Shown in pieces: positions 38,836 through 51,985 of a stretch of 64,000 nucleotides of DNA. Source of the stretch: Sphyrna mokarran (Eukaryota); NCBI GenBank assembly GCA_024679065.1, contig JAGIQG010000003.1, positions 29,574,001 to 29,638,000 on the forward strand, written 5' to 3'. The position numbers were made by a program, and so were the translations under genes. The number at the start of each line of letters is the position of its first letter. Position 1 is the stretch's first letter. Below the pieces are notes generated by a model, which saw only the letters and a list, made by a program, of their open reading frames with translations, made no database searches and was not told where the DNA came from.

Positions 38836-39177
38836 GGCACAGTGGCACAGCGGTTAACACTGCTGCCTCCCAGCACCAGACTCCTACATTCAATTCCGGC
38901 ATTGGGTGACTCTCTGTGTGGAATTTGCACATTCTCCCCATGCCTTCATGGGTTTCCTCGGGTGCTGCAGTTTCCTCCCACACTCCAAAAGACCTGCAGG
39001 TTAGGTGTATTTGCCATGCTAAATTGCCCCTCATCATCTCAATATGTATATGTTAGGGGAATTTGGCTGGTTAATGTGTGTGTTATGGGAATAGGACCTG
39101 TAGGATGTTTTGTTGGAGAGTCGGTGCAGACTCAATGGGCTGAATGCCTATGTTGCATTGTAGGGATTCTATGATTC
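38836..39177 (+). mobile_element. HE1-like V-SINE, full length
   Basis: tRNA-like head, V body, and CR1-type tail ending gggattctatgattct. Confidence 0.88.
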
Positions 39178-39518
39178 TTTTGTTGTCATTCCTTTATACA
39201 GCAGCCTTTTAGATTATCCTTCAATTTGTTAATTTACTTTATCTGGTTAACCCAAAAGGAGTGCAGCCAGTGGTCAGTATTTGCTAAGCACTGCCTCAAA
39301 GGGTGTTGGAGACAGATTCAATAGCGACCTTTGAAAGGGAACTGGACCTGAGGAGTAAAAAATTGCAAGGCTACGGAGAAAGAGTGTACAAGCGGGCAAG
39401 CTAAGTTGCTCTTCTATGGAATCAGATATACATACCAGGCCGAATGGCTTCGCTCAGTGCTGTGAGCATTGGGATTCTATGATCGCATCACAGAAATGGA
39501 TCCTCCTTGAAATATCGA

Positions 39519-39738
39519 TTCAATAATATTGTTTATTGAACGATATACATTCCAACATTATCTTGTAATCGAGTTCCCGTCTACGTATGCCCTGTTTGTG
39601 AGCCAAATCCTGCACTCACCTGATGAAGGGGCAACACTCCGAAAGCTCGTGTTACCAAGTAAACCTGTTGGACTTTAACCTGGTGTTGAGAGACTACTTA
39701 CTACGTCTACCCCAGTTCAATGCCGACAACTCCACATC
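39519..39738 (+). mobile_element. Short Penelope pLTR insertion
   Basis: Ends ...ccccagttcaatgccgacaactccacatc; TSD ttgaaatatYga at 39507-39518 and 39739-39750. Confidence 0.85.
39616..39652 (+). ncRNA. Minimal type I hammerhead ribozyme
   Basis: tcac CTGATGA a GGGG caaca CTCC GAAA gctc gtg. Confidence 0.75.
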
Positions 39739-40857
39739 TTGAAATATTGACTGAACTGCTGTGCTCCCGACTGGTTTTTGCTGCAAATTTTCAACACCTG
39801 AAATATTATATTTTTCACCTCATCTGTCAGGTTACTAGTAAACTGTAATGTAGCTAAACACTTTCATCGCATCTTTTGGCATTCATGTTGAATCTGACAT
39901 ATATTTAATGAGCTTGCCTTTACAGTGCCCTAGGCTTGTTACCTACGCTATTTTTAGGTAACACTCATTAGATTGTGAAAAGGTGATTAATGGGTGGATG
40001 AATCTGTTCCTTTGCAAATGGAGATGTCTTTCGTACGGTATCAGTGGTGGTTGAAACAGGAACAGGCAGATATTCCAGCGCAGGTCATTTCTGCTCCCAT
40101 TAATATCCAATAACAATCAACTCAAATTTTTAAAACAAACTTGTATTCATAAGCAACAGGTCATCAGTTCGAGTCAACACTTTGCAATCATGCACGTGGT
40201 ATACATTTTAGAGTAGCAGTCTCTGTGGAGAATGGAGGTTATGTGTGGGCGGCCCCTGGGGTGACACAGGATTGAGTGTTTTTCTACCCACAGATGCTGC
40301 CTCACCTGCTGAGTATTTCCAGCTTTTGTTTTGCTGTAAATAATGTGTGAAACACCAGCTAGCTCAGTATTCACTCTCAATGCTGTAGTACTCTTTCCGC
40401 GAAGTCCTACAATTACGGTGCTCAAGTACAATAGAATGCTGATATTAGGGGTTTTAAAATCAAATATTTAAAAAAAAATCATCGAGGCAGGCGTCCCCTC
40501 ACAATTTATATAGTAAACAAACAAAAGAGAAACGCGTTACCCGTTTAACTGTAGAGGTGCAGGATATATTTTTAAACAAATGAGTACATATTCACAAAGC
40601 TCCAAACTGAATCTATTATAAAGTGTGTTAATAAAAATAGCAAAAATAGAAATATATGGAGTTTGCATGTTCCTTAATTTGAGGCTATAAATGCAGTAAT
40701 CTTTCTATTTGCCACTAACGTGACCAAGACTAATTCATACATTGCAATGTTGTGTTTTGTGAGTCGAATTATTGTTACTATTGGTTTACACAAAGTGGGT
40801 TCTTACCTCACATGCACTCGGAGCGGTGAGGATTACGAGTCTTATAGTCAGGCAGTG

Positions 40858-41077
40858 TGGGACATGGGATTGTATCGTCTGCAGCTTTGTTATAAGTAGG
40901 GAGCGCAGGACACAGGGTTGTATCAGCGACAGCTGTGTTACAAAGAGGGAACACGGGACATGGGGCTGTATCAGTTGCTGCTGTGTTACAAAGAGGGAAC
41001 ACGGGACACGGGACACGGAATCATATCAGATGTAGCTCCATTCCAAACAGGGAACGTGGGATATGGGATTGTATTGG
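40858..41077. repeat. Degenerate minisatellite, unit about 48 bp, about 4.5 copies
   Basis: Units resemble gggacatgggNNtgtatcagNNgcagctgtgttacaaagagggaacac. Confidence 0.8.
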
Positions 41078-41454
41078 TTGGGACTGAAAAGAGAGCTCAT
41101 GGGGAAATCTATCATTGATTTGAGAGGGAAGGAGGGAGAGAAAGCGTAAAAGCTCAGGTATGAGAGATGGGCCAGGTAGTTGAGAACCCTGTCAACCACA
41201 GTAGGGACGAGGGGATGTCTCAGTTCTGGAAAAAAATGTCAGAGGCACCATCTTGGAGGACAGCATCATTGAAATAACTGCGCAAGGCAAAGAAACAGGA
41301 AGAATGAGATGAAGATCTTTTGTAAGCAAAGTCTACTGTCTAATTGATGGAATTAATTCGGAATGAAACTCATTAAATCATATTATTTGCAAATATGTTT
41401 CACATTCCATAAGTATAACATGGAAATATAACATAGATTCTATGATTCTATGCA

Positions 41455-41942
41455 TCTTTTTTGATTTGATTTATTATTGTCACATGTATTGGGATAGAAT
41501 GAAAAGTATTGTTTCTTGTACACTATACAGACAAAACATATAGTACAGAGGAGAGAAAGATAAAAGAGGTTGCAGATTATAGTGTTACAGTTACAGCTAG
41601 GACGTAGAGAAAAAACAGCTTAATACATGGTAGATCCATTCAAAAGTCTGATGGCAGCATGGAAAAAGCTGTTCTTGAGTTGATTGGTACGTGATCTCAG
41701 ACTTTTGTATCTTCTTCCCAACAGAAGAAGGTGGAAGAGGGAATGTCTGGAATGCATGAGGTCCTTGGTTATGCTTGCTGTTTTCCTGAGACAGCAGGAA
41801 GTGTAGACAGAGTCAATGAATAAGAGGCTGATCTGCGTGTTGGATTGGGCTGTGTTCACAATTCTTTATAGTTTTTTGTGGTCTTGGTCAGAGCAGGACC
41901 CATACCAAGCTGTGAGAAGTCTCAAAAGGATACTTTCTATGG
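41455..41942 (-). mobile_element. Rex1/Babar LINE 3' end (resumes at about 43138-43190)
   Basis: GRRYKSLRSRTNQLKNSFFHAAIRLLNG C-terminus; tacatgtgacaataataaatcaaatcaa tail. Confidence 0.8.
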
Positions 41943-43137
41943 TAGAACATAGATAGAACATAGAACATTACAGCACAGAACAGGCCCTTCGGCCTTCGAT
42001 GTTGCGCCGACCAATATAAAAAGCAATGCCCCTCCAAACTAAACCATTCCCTTCTCTTCCATATACTTATCAACTAACTCTTAAACGCCACCAAACTTGG
42101 CGCATCTACAACTGCTGCAGGCAGGGCATTCCACTCCCGAACCACCCTTTGGGTAAAGAACCTACCTCTGATATCCGTCTATAACTATCACCCCTTAATT
42201 TAAAGCTGTGTCCCCTCGTGCTAGCTTTCTCCATCCTAGGAAAAAGGCTATCACTGTCCACCCTATCTAAACTTCTAATCATCTTATATGTTTCGATTAG
42301 GTCCCCTCTTAGCCGCCTCCTTTCTAACGAAAACAACCTAAAATCCCTCAGCCTCTCTTCATAAGACCTGCCCTCCATACCAGGCAACATCCTGGTAAAC
42401 CTCCTCTGTACCCTCTCCAATGCCTCCACATCTTTATTATAATGTGGGGACCAGAACTGCACACAATACTCCAAGTGCGGCCGCACTAGAGTTTGTACAG
42501 TTGCAACATGACGTTGCGGCTCCGAAATTCAATCCCCCTACCAATAAAAGCTAAGACTCCATATGCCTTCTTAACAACCTTATCGACTTGAATGCCTACT
42601 TTCAGGGATCTATGCACAAATACACCAAGATCCCTCTGTTCATCAACATTATTAAGAATCCTACCATTAGCCCTATACTTTACACATTTATTATTCCTGC
42701 CAAAGTGCATTACCTCACACTTTTCCACATTAAACTCCATTTGCCACCTCTCGGCCCAGCTCTGCAACTTGTCCAAGTCCCTCTGCAAACTATAACACCC
42801 CTTCTTCACTATCTACCACTCCACCGACTTTAGTGTCATCTGCAAATTTACTAATCCATCCTTCAATACCCTCATCCAGATCATTTATAAAAATTACAAA
42901 ACAGCAGGGGCCCCAAAACAGACCCCTGAGGTACACCACTTGTCACCGAACTCCACAATGAATATCTCCCATCAACCACCACCCTCTGTCTTCTATCTGC
43001 TAGCCAATTCCTAATCCAATTAGCTAAATCACCCTCTATCCCATACATCTGCATTTTCTGCAGAAGTCTTCTATGGGCCACCTTATCAAACGCCTTACTA
43101 AAGTCCATATATACCACATCAACCGCCTTACCCCCTT
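41943..43137 (-). mobile_element. Young CR1, 5'-truncated
   Basis: [38 protein letters not shown]; (tagaaca)n tail. Confidence 0.95.
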
Positions 43138-43779
43138 CTGTAAAAATTGGTGAGAGTCATTACGGACGTGTGGAATTTCTTTTGTGTTTATTATATGAAA
43201 AATTTATTTCGGACAGTGATTTCAAAGTATAAAACAGTTAATTATTTACTTACAATGTATAATTCACAAGACATCTGTAAAAACAAAATCCTCCACATAT
43301 TAATATAGATTCACTAAATCTGCTATGGCACAACATTGAATATCATATTAAAATGTTGGAACTAACAATATAATTTATCACATGATAAAACAGCAATCAG
43401 AGTCTTTTTATGAATATTTCTGTGGATAACTGTCCTCCCATTCAATAGCTGATACGAGTGGAATTGATAATTATGTTTCAACTGCAAAGTGTCTGCCAAT
43501 TATTTTTGCAAATCCACTCAGGTAAAGTATCACTTTTGCTAAACTGCTACAGTCAGCAATTCAAATGTGAGTTACCTAAGCCAAACTTCTGCTGCATATA
43601 TTGCTGCCCAGATTAATCCTGCTTCACATCACAGCTTGCTTACAGTCCCACCAATCACTTCACTTGTGGAATGCAGGAGATTCAACTACACTCGAGGAAT
43701 ACTAAGCCAATAAAGGAGATTCTCTTAATTTTAAAAGTAAATGAAGTACTTGTGGAAGCATTGTCATGATGAATGTAGC

Positions 43780-44065
43780 ACGGAACTGTCAAGTACCCAG
43801 CTTGTTTAAATTCAAATCTGGCATGCCAATCTATTGGTCAGGACATTTGCCTTGGAAATGAACCAGGGAATATTGAAAGCCTCCGTTTAGTGAAGATATG
43901 CAAATGTTCCTTCTGTTGGCAATGGACAAGAATCTGGATGTGAATATATGTAGCTTCTAGTGCGCATAGGTGAGCCACACGTGTGAGACTGACTGACAAT
44001 ATTAAATTAGTTTCAGTGTCGCTCTGAGCACAATCAGGTGCTGCCCAATCATGGAATCATATCAT
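43780..44065 (-). mobile_element. Penelope-like family 2 fragment
   Basis: Minus frame RVAHLCALEATYIH, homologous to 22385-22620. Confidence 0.5.
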
Positions 44066-44154
44066 CATTCACTATATATCAAGCAAACTCATGAATGGGC
44101 CTAAGGCACCACTTTTAGTCCTGAAAAGTGCCCAGTAGCCAGCCACTGCACACT

Positions 44155-44460
44155 GCTACTTGTTTCATAGAGACATGCCTCACTCCTGCTTCATCAGACT
44201 GTGCCCTACAACTAAAGGACTTCTCAATCTATCGAATGGACCGCGTGGCGGCCTCAGGCAAGGCTAATGGAGGTGGGGTCTGCTTCGTGATCAACACCTT
44301 GTGATGCCTAGATGTAACGACACTGGCATGTTTTTGCTTCCCAGACCTAGAGTACCTGATGCTACTACTACTTTTCACAGAAGTTCACCTCCATTATCCT
44401 GATAACAGTTTACATCCCACCCCATGTAGACATTATATACACCACTATGAATAGCCTTGG
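44155..44460 (+). mobile_element. Rex1/Babar APE endonuclease fragment
   Basis: CFIETCL...FSIYRMDR...GGGVCFVIN...PDLEYLM...ITVYIPP. Confidence 0.75.
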
Positions 44461-45257
44461 TACAGGTTAATATACTTTTTCAAGTCACAAAGATTGACAT
44501 TAGCATATTAATTTCTCGAGTTGGATACAAGATGATTCTTCGAGTCTCGTTATGTACATTGCATTGTTCAGTACAACTTTGTTAATCAATTCTTGGATCA
44601 TTTACCCAATTATAATGTCAAACTGTTGTATTTGCACTGATGTGTTAATCATTTCCCCCCTCTAGATAGAATCATAGAAAAGCTACAGCACAAACAGGTC
44701 CTTTGGGCCACAAGTTGCTCCCATCTTATCTCTACCTACTAGGCTTACCTATAACTCTCAATCCTATTAAGTCCCGTGTACTCATCCAGAAGTCTCTTAA
44801 AAGACCTATCGAATCCGCTTCCACCACCACTGCCGGCAGCCGATTCCACGCACCCACCACCCTCTAAGTGAAAAACTTACCTCTGACATCTCCTCTGTAC
44901 CTACTCCCCAGCACTTTAAACCTGTGTCCTCTTGTGGCAGATTATTGTGTATTATAGAAGACTACACTCTCCCTTAACTATATGGAGCCTGGCTATCTTA
45001 ATGCTGGTTCTCCTGTTGTCGTGATAATTCAGAACAATCTCCTGCATATCTGAAGTTGATAGCATGTGTCAATCATTATCTGTTGGCAGAGCAAGCTCTA
45101 GCCGTCAGGATTAACCCTCTTCTTCCCTCTGGTGAGATTTGACTCTCTAGGCTTGCTTAATGTAGCCCTGAATGTATTATACTGCAATTAAATAAAACAT
45201 GAATGGATATATAAATTAAAATATAAAAGACACGATCCTTGATATTACATTACAACA
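44461..45257 (-). mobile_element. ERV 3' LTR (U5 end lost; CR1 fragment inserted at about 44667-44940)
   Basis: Homologous to about 57341-57887; begins TGTTGTA just after the polypurine tract aagggggaa (about 45259-45267, minus). Confidence 0.88.
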
Positions 45258-45519
45258 ATTCCCCCTTAAAGGCTCTTGGTCATTCCCAAGAAAGCCATTA
45301 ACAGACTCCTATTCATGTTCATGAACCCTTTTGAATTCTAAACTATATTGTGGATGTTATTGCCTGTCCTCTGGAAGCTCTCCTGCCTTGGCCATTGTGG
45401 AAGACACGGTACTGGATCCTTCAGGTGACCAGCCCTCCAGATCGTGGAAAGTGTCCTAAACCTCCCCCGTCTTGAATATGGGGTCACTAACTTCTCTCCT
45501 TCCCGAATGCTAAGGGCTG

Positions 45520-47720
45520 CTAGTAGAGTATGTTGAGGGACAATCTGAGTTTTACCCATTTCTGTAGTAGACAGCAGATAACTGTGGTCCACAGCAGCAT
45601 TATGTCCAAACCAGCAGTCATTCCTATTCTAATTATTTCCCACCTATCTGTTAATCGGTTGCCTGCTGACCCTGGAACGAATATATCCCACCAATGTTGT
45701 GTCCCGGACACACCCAATTAGGTGATGGTCTGGATAGCTAAGTCCACCTGGATCTTTCCCTTGCTTATCTGATCTGTCGATTGCTTGACATACTCCTGAG
45801 TGAGCCTATTGCTTGATGCATGGCCTGTCGGATTATTCTGCCCAGTGTTTTGCCAATGTACAGTGGGTCATCCAACCAGGCTCCAAATAGGTAATGTTCA
45901 TTTGGGAAGATGAAATTCCCCCGCTGTTAAAGAGACTGCTATTTGCAGAAAGAAGCTGTGACTGCTGCCATACAGGAGGCCCCCCCCTTGATTATTTCTA
46001 TACCTGGTGTGGTGAAACACCACTGCGTTGGGCCAACCTGTAAGGCTTTGAAAGCTTCTCCTAATGGCAGATCATCAACTATTACTTTGGTTATTTGATA
46101 AGAGTTCAAGGATTTGACAGGTGCACACTATGTAATGTGCTGACTCCACAGTGCTCATGTATGCCAGGTCACTTTGGTGGGCTCTATACCCACTGTGTCC
46201 AGTGTGGTAGACCCAGCCCTCCTGCACAGTTCCCAGTGACTCCAACTGATAGCTGTCCCTAAAGGTTCCTTTGGTTGGGTTTCCTGTGAGACTGCCATAA
46301 TAAAGTTTATCCCTCCTATGGCCTGTCACCTTGTCTTGTGACCACCAGTTTGTGCTTGTCCTTGTATATTTAAGGAGGTTTACTTCGTATAGTGTGGTGA
46401 ATAGTTGCCACAGGCCCAGATACTATCAATTGAATCTCTTGCGAGACTATCACAGGCTTTCCCTTTTGCTTGTGTTAGGTGGTGTTAATTACACCCGCAG
46501 GCCTGCAGGATCCCCTCTCCTTGTAGGTCTGTGGCAGTCAGTGCATACTCGGTCCCGTATACCCCTTATTGGAGCCCTTTTCCGACTTTAGTGCCTATCC
46601 AGGTGACATAACTGTTTGTCTCAGCTAGCTGCACTGAATTCATGATTGATTTAGCGCTGCCAAATAAACCTCCAATGTCTCCTAAAGTGCTCTTTTTATT
46701 ATGCCTGCATACCTAGATTCCGGGGTTATTCTATAATTACAGTTGTCAATGGCCTCCTGTGGTGTAGTTTTTGCCCATTTAATGGCATTGAAGCGATTGT
46801 GGATGTAAAACTTCCAACAACCCAGAGACGTTATATGTTATTTCTAAGGATGCCATTGTGATATTGTGTAGTAGAGTTTTAGGTTTTCCCGTCCTAACTA
46901 GTTTGTCCAAGGTGAGGACAACAAATTGAGAGCATCGGGTAGGCTTTTGATATCCACAAATAGAACAAAGAATAAAACAGCATGGGAAACAGGCCCTTCG
47001 GCCCAACGAGCCCGCGCCGCCACCCCCATGTTCCCTCAGCTTATAATACTCAGCTTATAATATCTAATCTCCCTACAACTGAGTCTATCTGGTACGTAGG
47101 TACATATTCCTGACAGTACTGACCTTCAAGACTGGGTTCCCAAACAGAGATTAGCCCATCCTGCCATTAAATTTAATTATGGACATCCCCATTCTGGTTC
47201 CTTAATGTTACATGGTAAGCTCACATACCCAACCATATGTGTACATCATATATCCCCTCAATAACAAACTGTCCTCTGAGTCCAATTCTGTTTTTAGTCC
47301 CATTTCAGAAGAATTGGGGAATTCGCAGTTCGTACAGGAAGCACCATCCTGTAGAGTGTCTCACAGCGTCCAATCCCCAGTCCATATCAGCCCATCCGCA
47401 GTGTGGGGTCTTTGAACCTAATCATCATTCTGGGGCACATAATGATTTTTAGCATGGTTTTTCCCCATATTGACATGACATGTGTCTGGTGGCTACAGGG
47501 ATTACTTAGTCCAAAATCCAGGTGTCTGGTTTCTTAATCCATTTGCCATTCCACCCTACCCGTGGGAAGCTGGACATATCATCCTGGATGCAGGGAGGTG
47601 TTCCCCTCCCTGTGAACTGTCGGTGCCTCCCAAGTCTCTGTACAGCTCACCAACGAAAGTATGAATCTGAAGAAAAAAAGTAACAATAATCCCCACCAGT
47701 CGGCGAAAGGCTAGATCTCT
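45520..47720 (-). pseudogene. env: ERV env, decayed
   Basis: Lies between integrase and PPT. Basic site plus fusion-peptide-like RHNKKS-TLGDIGGLFGSAKSIMNSVQLA near 46620-46710; HWWDIF plus hydrophobic anchor at 45520-45717. Small CR1 tail inserted at about 46960-47040. Confidence 0.7.
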
Positions 47721-47729
47721 TTAGATTAT

Positions 47730-48480
47730 TTATACAGTTTTAATTACACATAGTGTTTCCACCTCGGCGAACTTTTCATCTCTACTAAGATGCACATATA
47801 CCCTGAATCAATTACCTCATGGGTTGCAAACCTATCATTCAGGAAGAACTCTGACCAATACCTTATCCCCCACCTTGGGGTTCTAGGTTTGGATACTTTC
47901 CTTCTCTCTTTCCCAATCTCTGATTCTCTGTGTATCTACCACCTCACCTTTTAAACTGTGCAGCTATATAGCCAGGTGCTGGACAAATTGAGCACCCCCT
48001 CATTTGCATTTACAGACCCTTGTGTTCTCAGTCACTACATCCTAGGGAAGCGCCATGGCCCTTTCAGTCATTAGCTTAAAGTGCATCAGTCTCATCCCTC
48101 TAGCTGGGTTGCTCGCATTTTCATGAGTATAACGGGCAAGGCTATTACCCAACCCTGTCCTGTCTCCTCTAAGGCCTTTGTCAGACTATTTTTAAGAGTC
48201 TTGTTTGTCCTGCTGGTGGTATGGGACATGGAATCGCTGTTTGATTCCCAGTAGAGCATAGGCCTGCTTCATTATCCTCCCAGTAAAATAGGCACTTTGG
48301 CCTGAGTCTAATTGAAGTGGAACACCCGATCGCAGAATTACTTCCTCTGGTTGTGTCCTGGTCACTGCTCCGGCTGAGAAGACCCTGCAGGGAATACTTC
48401 CATTCGCTGGATGAATTTACCTACCAGCCCCAAGTAATACTTCTTGTTCTGTGACTGCAGGAGCAGTCTAAAAATGTCTG
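47730..48480 (-). pseudogene. pol: ERV pol, integrase remnant
   Basis: KKYYLGLVGKFIQRMEVFP; EVILRSGVPLQLDSGQSAYFTG..LLGIKQRFHVPYH; TNKTLKNSLTKALEETGQGWVIALPVILMKMRAT; GDKVLVR. Confidence 0.88.
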
Positions 48481-49819
48481 CCTATAGCCCGGTGGTTGGA
48501 GTCAATGCCCCAGCCTTCTCTCATCCTGCCCTCTCTCAATACCACTCTTTTTGAGAATGAGGAGCTGAATTTATCTTCATCATTAATGGAACAATAAAGG
48601 CACAAGTGCTGTGCGAAGGAAAAATAAATGTCAAGTATGTAATAAAAAATCTAATTATTCTATCAGTGGACTATTGATGTATCAGAGGAATGTAAATAGA
48701 TTCAAGCAGTCAGCATAAAGTTCGATCAAGGACTTTAGGGTATAATTTATTTCAGACATTCATCTTGTAAGAAACAAAATGTATCACAGGTGAGAGAGAA
48801 GAAAGCAAATGTTCCTCTGCTGTGCACATTGTTGCCACACTGAAGCTTTCTATCCTATTAAATGGATTCAATCTCACAAGGTTGGTCTACATGTTAGGAT
48901 AAATATATCATGGCTATCATAGCCATGGTATATCTACCCTAATACCAGACAAACAAGAATACATGACAAAGCTTAAGACTGCATAAGCTGATTCTTGGCT
49001 TTCTAGAAGTTAAAGAAACTTCATGTGATAATAAGATGTAAGAGTCAAACTATTAATTAAAGGCGCAGTGTAGTTTTTTTGAAAACTCAAACATTTGATT
49101 AATGTGACAATTTCACAAGGTTTTCGATGAATTTAAACTTCACAAGCTTTATAAAAGGCAAAGTTGGGCTATTCTTAAACAATGCTTTTGTAGGTGTTGT
49201 TTTCAGTGGCATAGTTGGTGGGGTTGGGTGGGGGGGGCGAGGCTGCAGGTGGAGCAACTGCTTCCCCTGAGCACATTTTTTTCAGAAGTGGCGTCTTTTT
49301 AATGAGGCGGTCCCCATGGGTCCCTGCAGAGGCTGCGAAGGACATAAATATGCTCAATAACTCCTGCCCATACCAACCTCCTGATTGACAACTCACAAGC
49401 CAATCCTAGGATGCTATGTCACCCTCCTCCCCACTCCGCCAATCCAGTACATGGGACCTCATGTAGTGCTGACTGACAGCTGAGTTCATCAATCACAGCA
49501 TGGGCGCGTCCACAAGTTCTGCCAATCCGGACATGGCTCCTCAGTCCTGCTCCGTCAGTGGGATGGCCCAGTCTATGGATGAACATTGGGATTCAGCAGT
49601 CTTCATTTTTCAGAAATGATAATGTTTTAACATTCACAGCAAACATTATGCAGGTCAGAGTAAAGTATTTTGTTAGCTGTCAGCAATGGTGAACAAAAAT
49701 GTATTGAAATGCTGTTAAGTCTGCAAATCCACCTGATGTACCAGTGGAGGGAGTTTGTTCTGAATAAAGTTAAGTTTCACAACACCAATTTTAAATCCAA
49801 CCAATTTATTTGATAGTAA

Positions 49820-49860
49820 ATTCGCGAGCTTTCGACACTATGTGCCTTCGTCAGGCAAAT
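49820..49860 (-). ncRNA. Minimal type I hammerhead ribozyme
   Basis: Minus strand: atttgc CTGACGA a GGCAC ata GTGTC GAAA gctc gcgaat. Confidence 0.82.
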
Positions 49861-50977
49861 GCAGTGTTCTGGTCTGCAATAGCACTCATATCAACACAGA
49901 CAGTCATAGATTGCTGATTAGAATGCGAATCCTTACATCTAACCTGCTATTCAAGTGTTAAAGTGGCTAACAATGTGTGTGAAGGGAATCCTGAGCATTG
50001 GTTAGAGAATTGTGTATTTTCTCCAGACAGCACAGTAAGTGAGGTTTTTTGCTAACCCAGGCAATTTACGGGGGTTACAGATAGTGTCTCATGAAGCTAA
50101 GATCCCTATTAAGACCGTCCTCATGTGTGCGGAACTTGGCTACCAGTCTCTGCTCAGCGACTCTGCGCTGTCGTGTGTCCCGAAGGCCCCCTTGAAGAAC
50201 ATTTACCCGCAGGTCGGAGGCCGACTGCCCATGACTGCTGAAGTGTTCGCCCACAGGAAGGGAACTGTTTTGCCTGGTGATTGTTGAGCGATGCTCATTC
50301 ATCCGCTGTCGTAGTGTCTGCATGGTCTCCCCAATGTACCATGCTTCGGGACATCCTTTCTTGCAACGTATTAGGTAGACAACGTTGGCCGAGTTGCAAG
50401 AGTATGTACCGTGTACCTGGTGAATGGTATCCTCACGTTTGATGATGTCGTCCATGTCTATGATCTGGCATGTCTTGCAGAGGTTGCTGTGGCAGGGTTG
50501 TGTGGTATTGTGGTCACTGTTCTCCTGAAGGTTGGGTAGTTTGCTGCGAACAATGATCTGTTTGAGGTTGTGCGGTTGTCTGAAAGCAAGAAGTGGGGGG
50601 TGGGGATGGCCCTAGCGAGATATTCATCATCATCAATGATATGTTGAAGACTGCGGAGAAGATGTCGTAGCTTCTCTGCTCCAGGGAAGTACTGGACAAC
50701 AAAGGATACTCTGTCCACTGTGTCCCGTGTTTGTCTTCTGAGGAGGTCAGTGCGGTTTATCGCTGTGGCACGTCAGAACTGTCGATCGATGAGTTGAGCA
50801 CCATATCCTGTTCTCATGAGGGAATCCTTCAGCGTCTGGAGGTGTCTGTCACAATCCTCCTCATCTGAGACTGTCGATCGATGAGTCGAGCGCCATATCC
50901 TGTTCTCACGAGGGCATCCTTCAGCGTCTGGAGGTGTCTGTCACGATCCTCCTCATCTAAGCAAATGAGGAGGATCC

Positions 50978-51772
50978 TCAGATGAGGAGGATCATGACAG
51001 ACACCTCCAGACGCTGAAGGATGCCCTCGTGAGAACAGGATATGGCGCTCGACTCATCGATCAACAGTTCCGACGTGCCACAGCGATAAACCGCACTGAC
51101 CTTCTCAGAAGACGAACATGGGACACAGTGGACAGAGTACCCTTTGTTGTCCAGTACTTCCCCGGAGTGGAGAAGCTACGACATCTTCTCCGGAGTCTTC
51201 AACATATCATTGATGACGATGAATATCTCGCTAGGGCCATCCCCACCCCCCCACTTCTTGCTTTCAGACAACCGCACAACCTCAAACAGATCATTGTTCG
51301 CAGCAAACTACCCAACCTTCAGGAGAACAGTGACCACAATACCACACAACCCTGCCACAGCAACCTCTGCAAGACATGCCGGATCATAGACATGGACGAC
51401 ATCATCAAACGTGAGGATACCATTCACCAGGTACACTGTACATACTCTTGCAACTCGGCCAACGTTGTCTACCTAATACGTTGCAAGAAAGGATGTCCCG
51501 AAGCATGGTACATTGGGGAGACCATGCAGACACTACGACAGCGGATGAATGAGCATCGCTCAACAATCACCAGGCAAAACAGTTCCCTTCCTGTGGGCGA
51601 ACACTTCAGCAGTCATGGGCAGTCGGCCTCCGACCTGCGGGTAAATGTTCTTCAAGGGGGCCTTTGGGACACACGACAGTGCAGAGTCGCTGAGCAGAGA
51701 CTGGTAGCCAAGTTCCGCACACGTGAGGACGGTCTTAATAGGGATCTTAGCTTCATGAGACACTATCTGTAA
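50978..51772 (+). CDS. Penelope ORF C-terminal part: RT thumb, Cys-rich linker, GIY-YIG endonuclease (5'-truncated, frame open)
   Basis: PCHSNLCKTC linker; NVVYLIRC..C..WYIGET..LRQRMNEH; VGEHF; GLN. Confidence 0.88.
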   Translation, partial: SDEEDHDRHLQTLKDALVRTGYGARLIDQQFRRATAINRTDLLRRRTWDTVDRVPFVVQYFPGVEKLRHLLRSLQHIIDDDEYLARAIPTPPLLAFRQPHNLKQIIVRSKLPNLQENSDHNTTQPCHSNLCKTCRIIDMDDIIKREDTIHQVHCTYSCNSANVVYLIRCKKGCPEAWYIGETMQTLRQRMNEHRSTITRQNSSLPVGEHFSSHGQSASDLRVNVLQGGLWDTRQCRVAEQRLVAKFRTREDGLNRDLSFMRHYL

Positions 51773-51985
51773 CCCCCGTAAATTGCCTGGGTTAGCAAAA
51801 AACCTCACTTACTGTGCTGTCTGGAGAAAATACACAATTCTCTAACCAATGCTCAGGATTCCCTTCACACACATTGTTAGCCACTTTAACACTTGAATAG
51901 CAGGTAGATGTAAGGATTTGCATTCTAATCAGCAATCTATGACTGTCTGTGTTGATATGAGTGCTATTGCAGACCAGAACACTGC

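Noticed and set aside
40858-41077. Repeat array considered as CRISPR-like
   Set aside because: Contiguous degenerate units without unique spacers, in a vertebrate genome.
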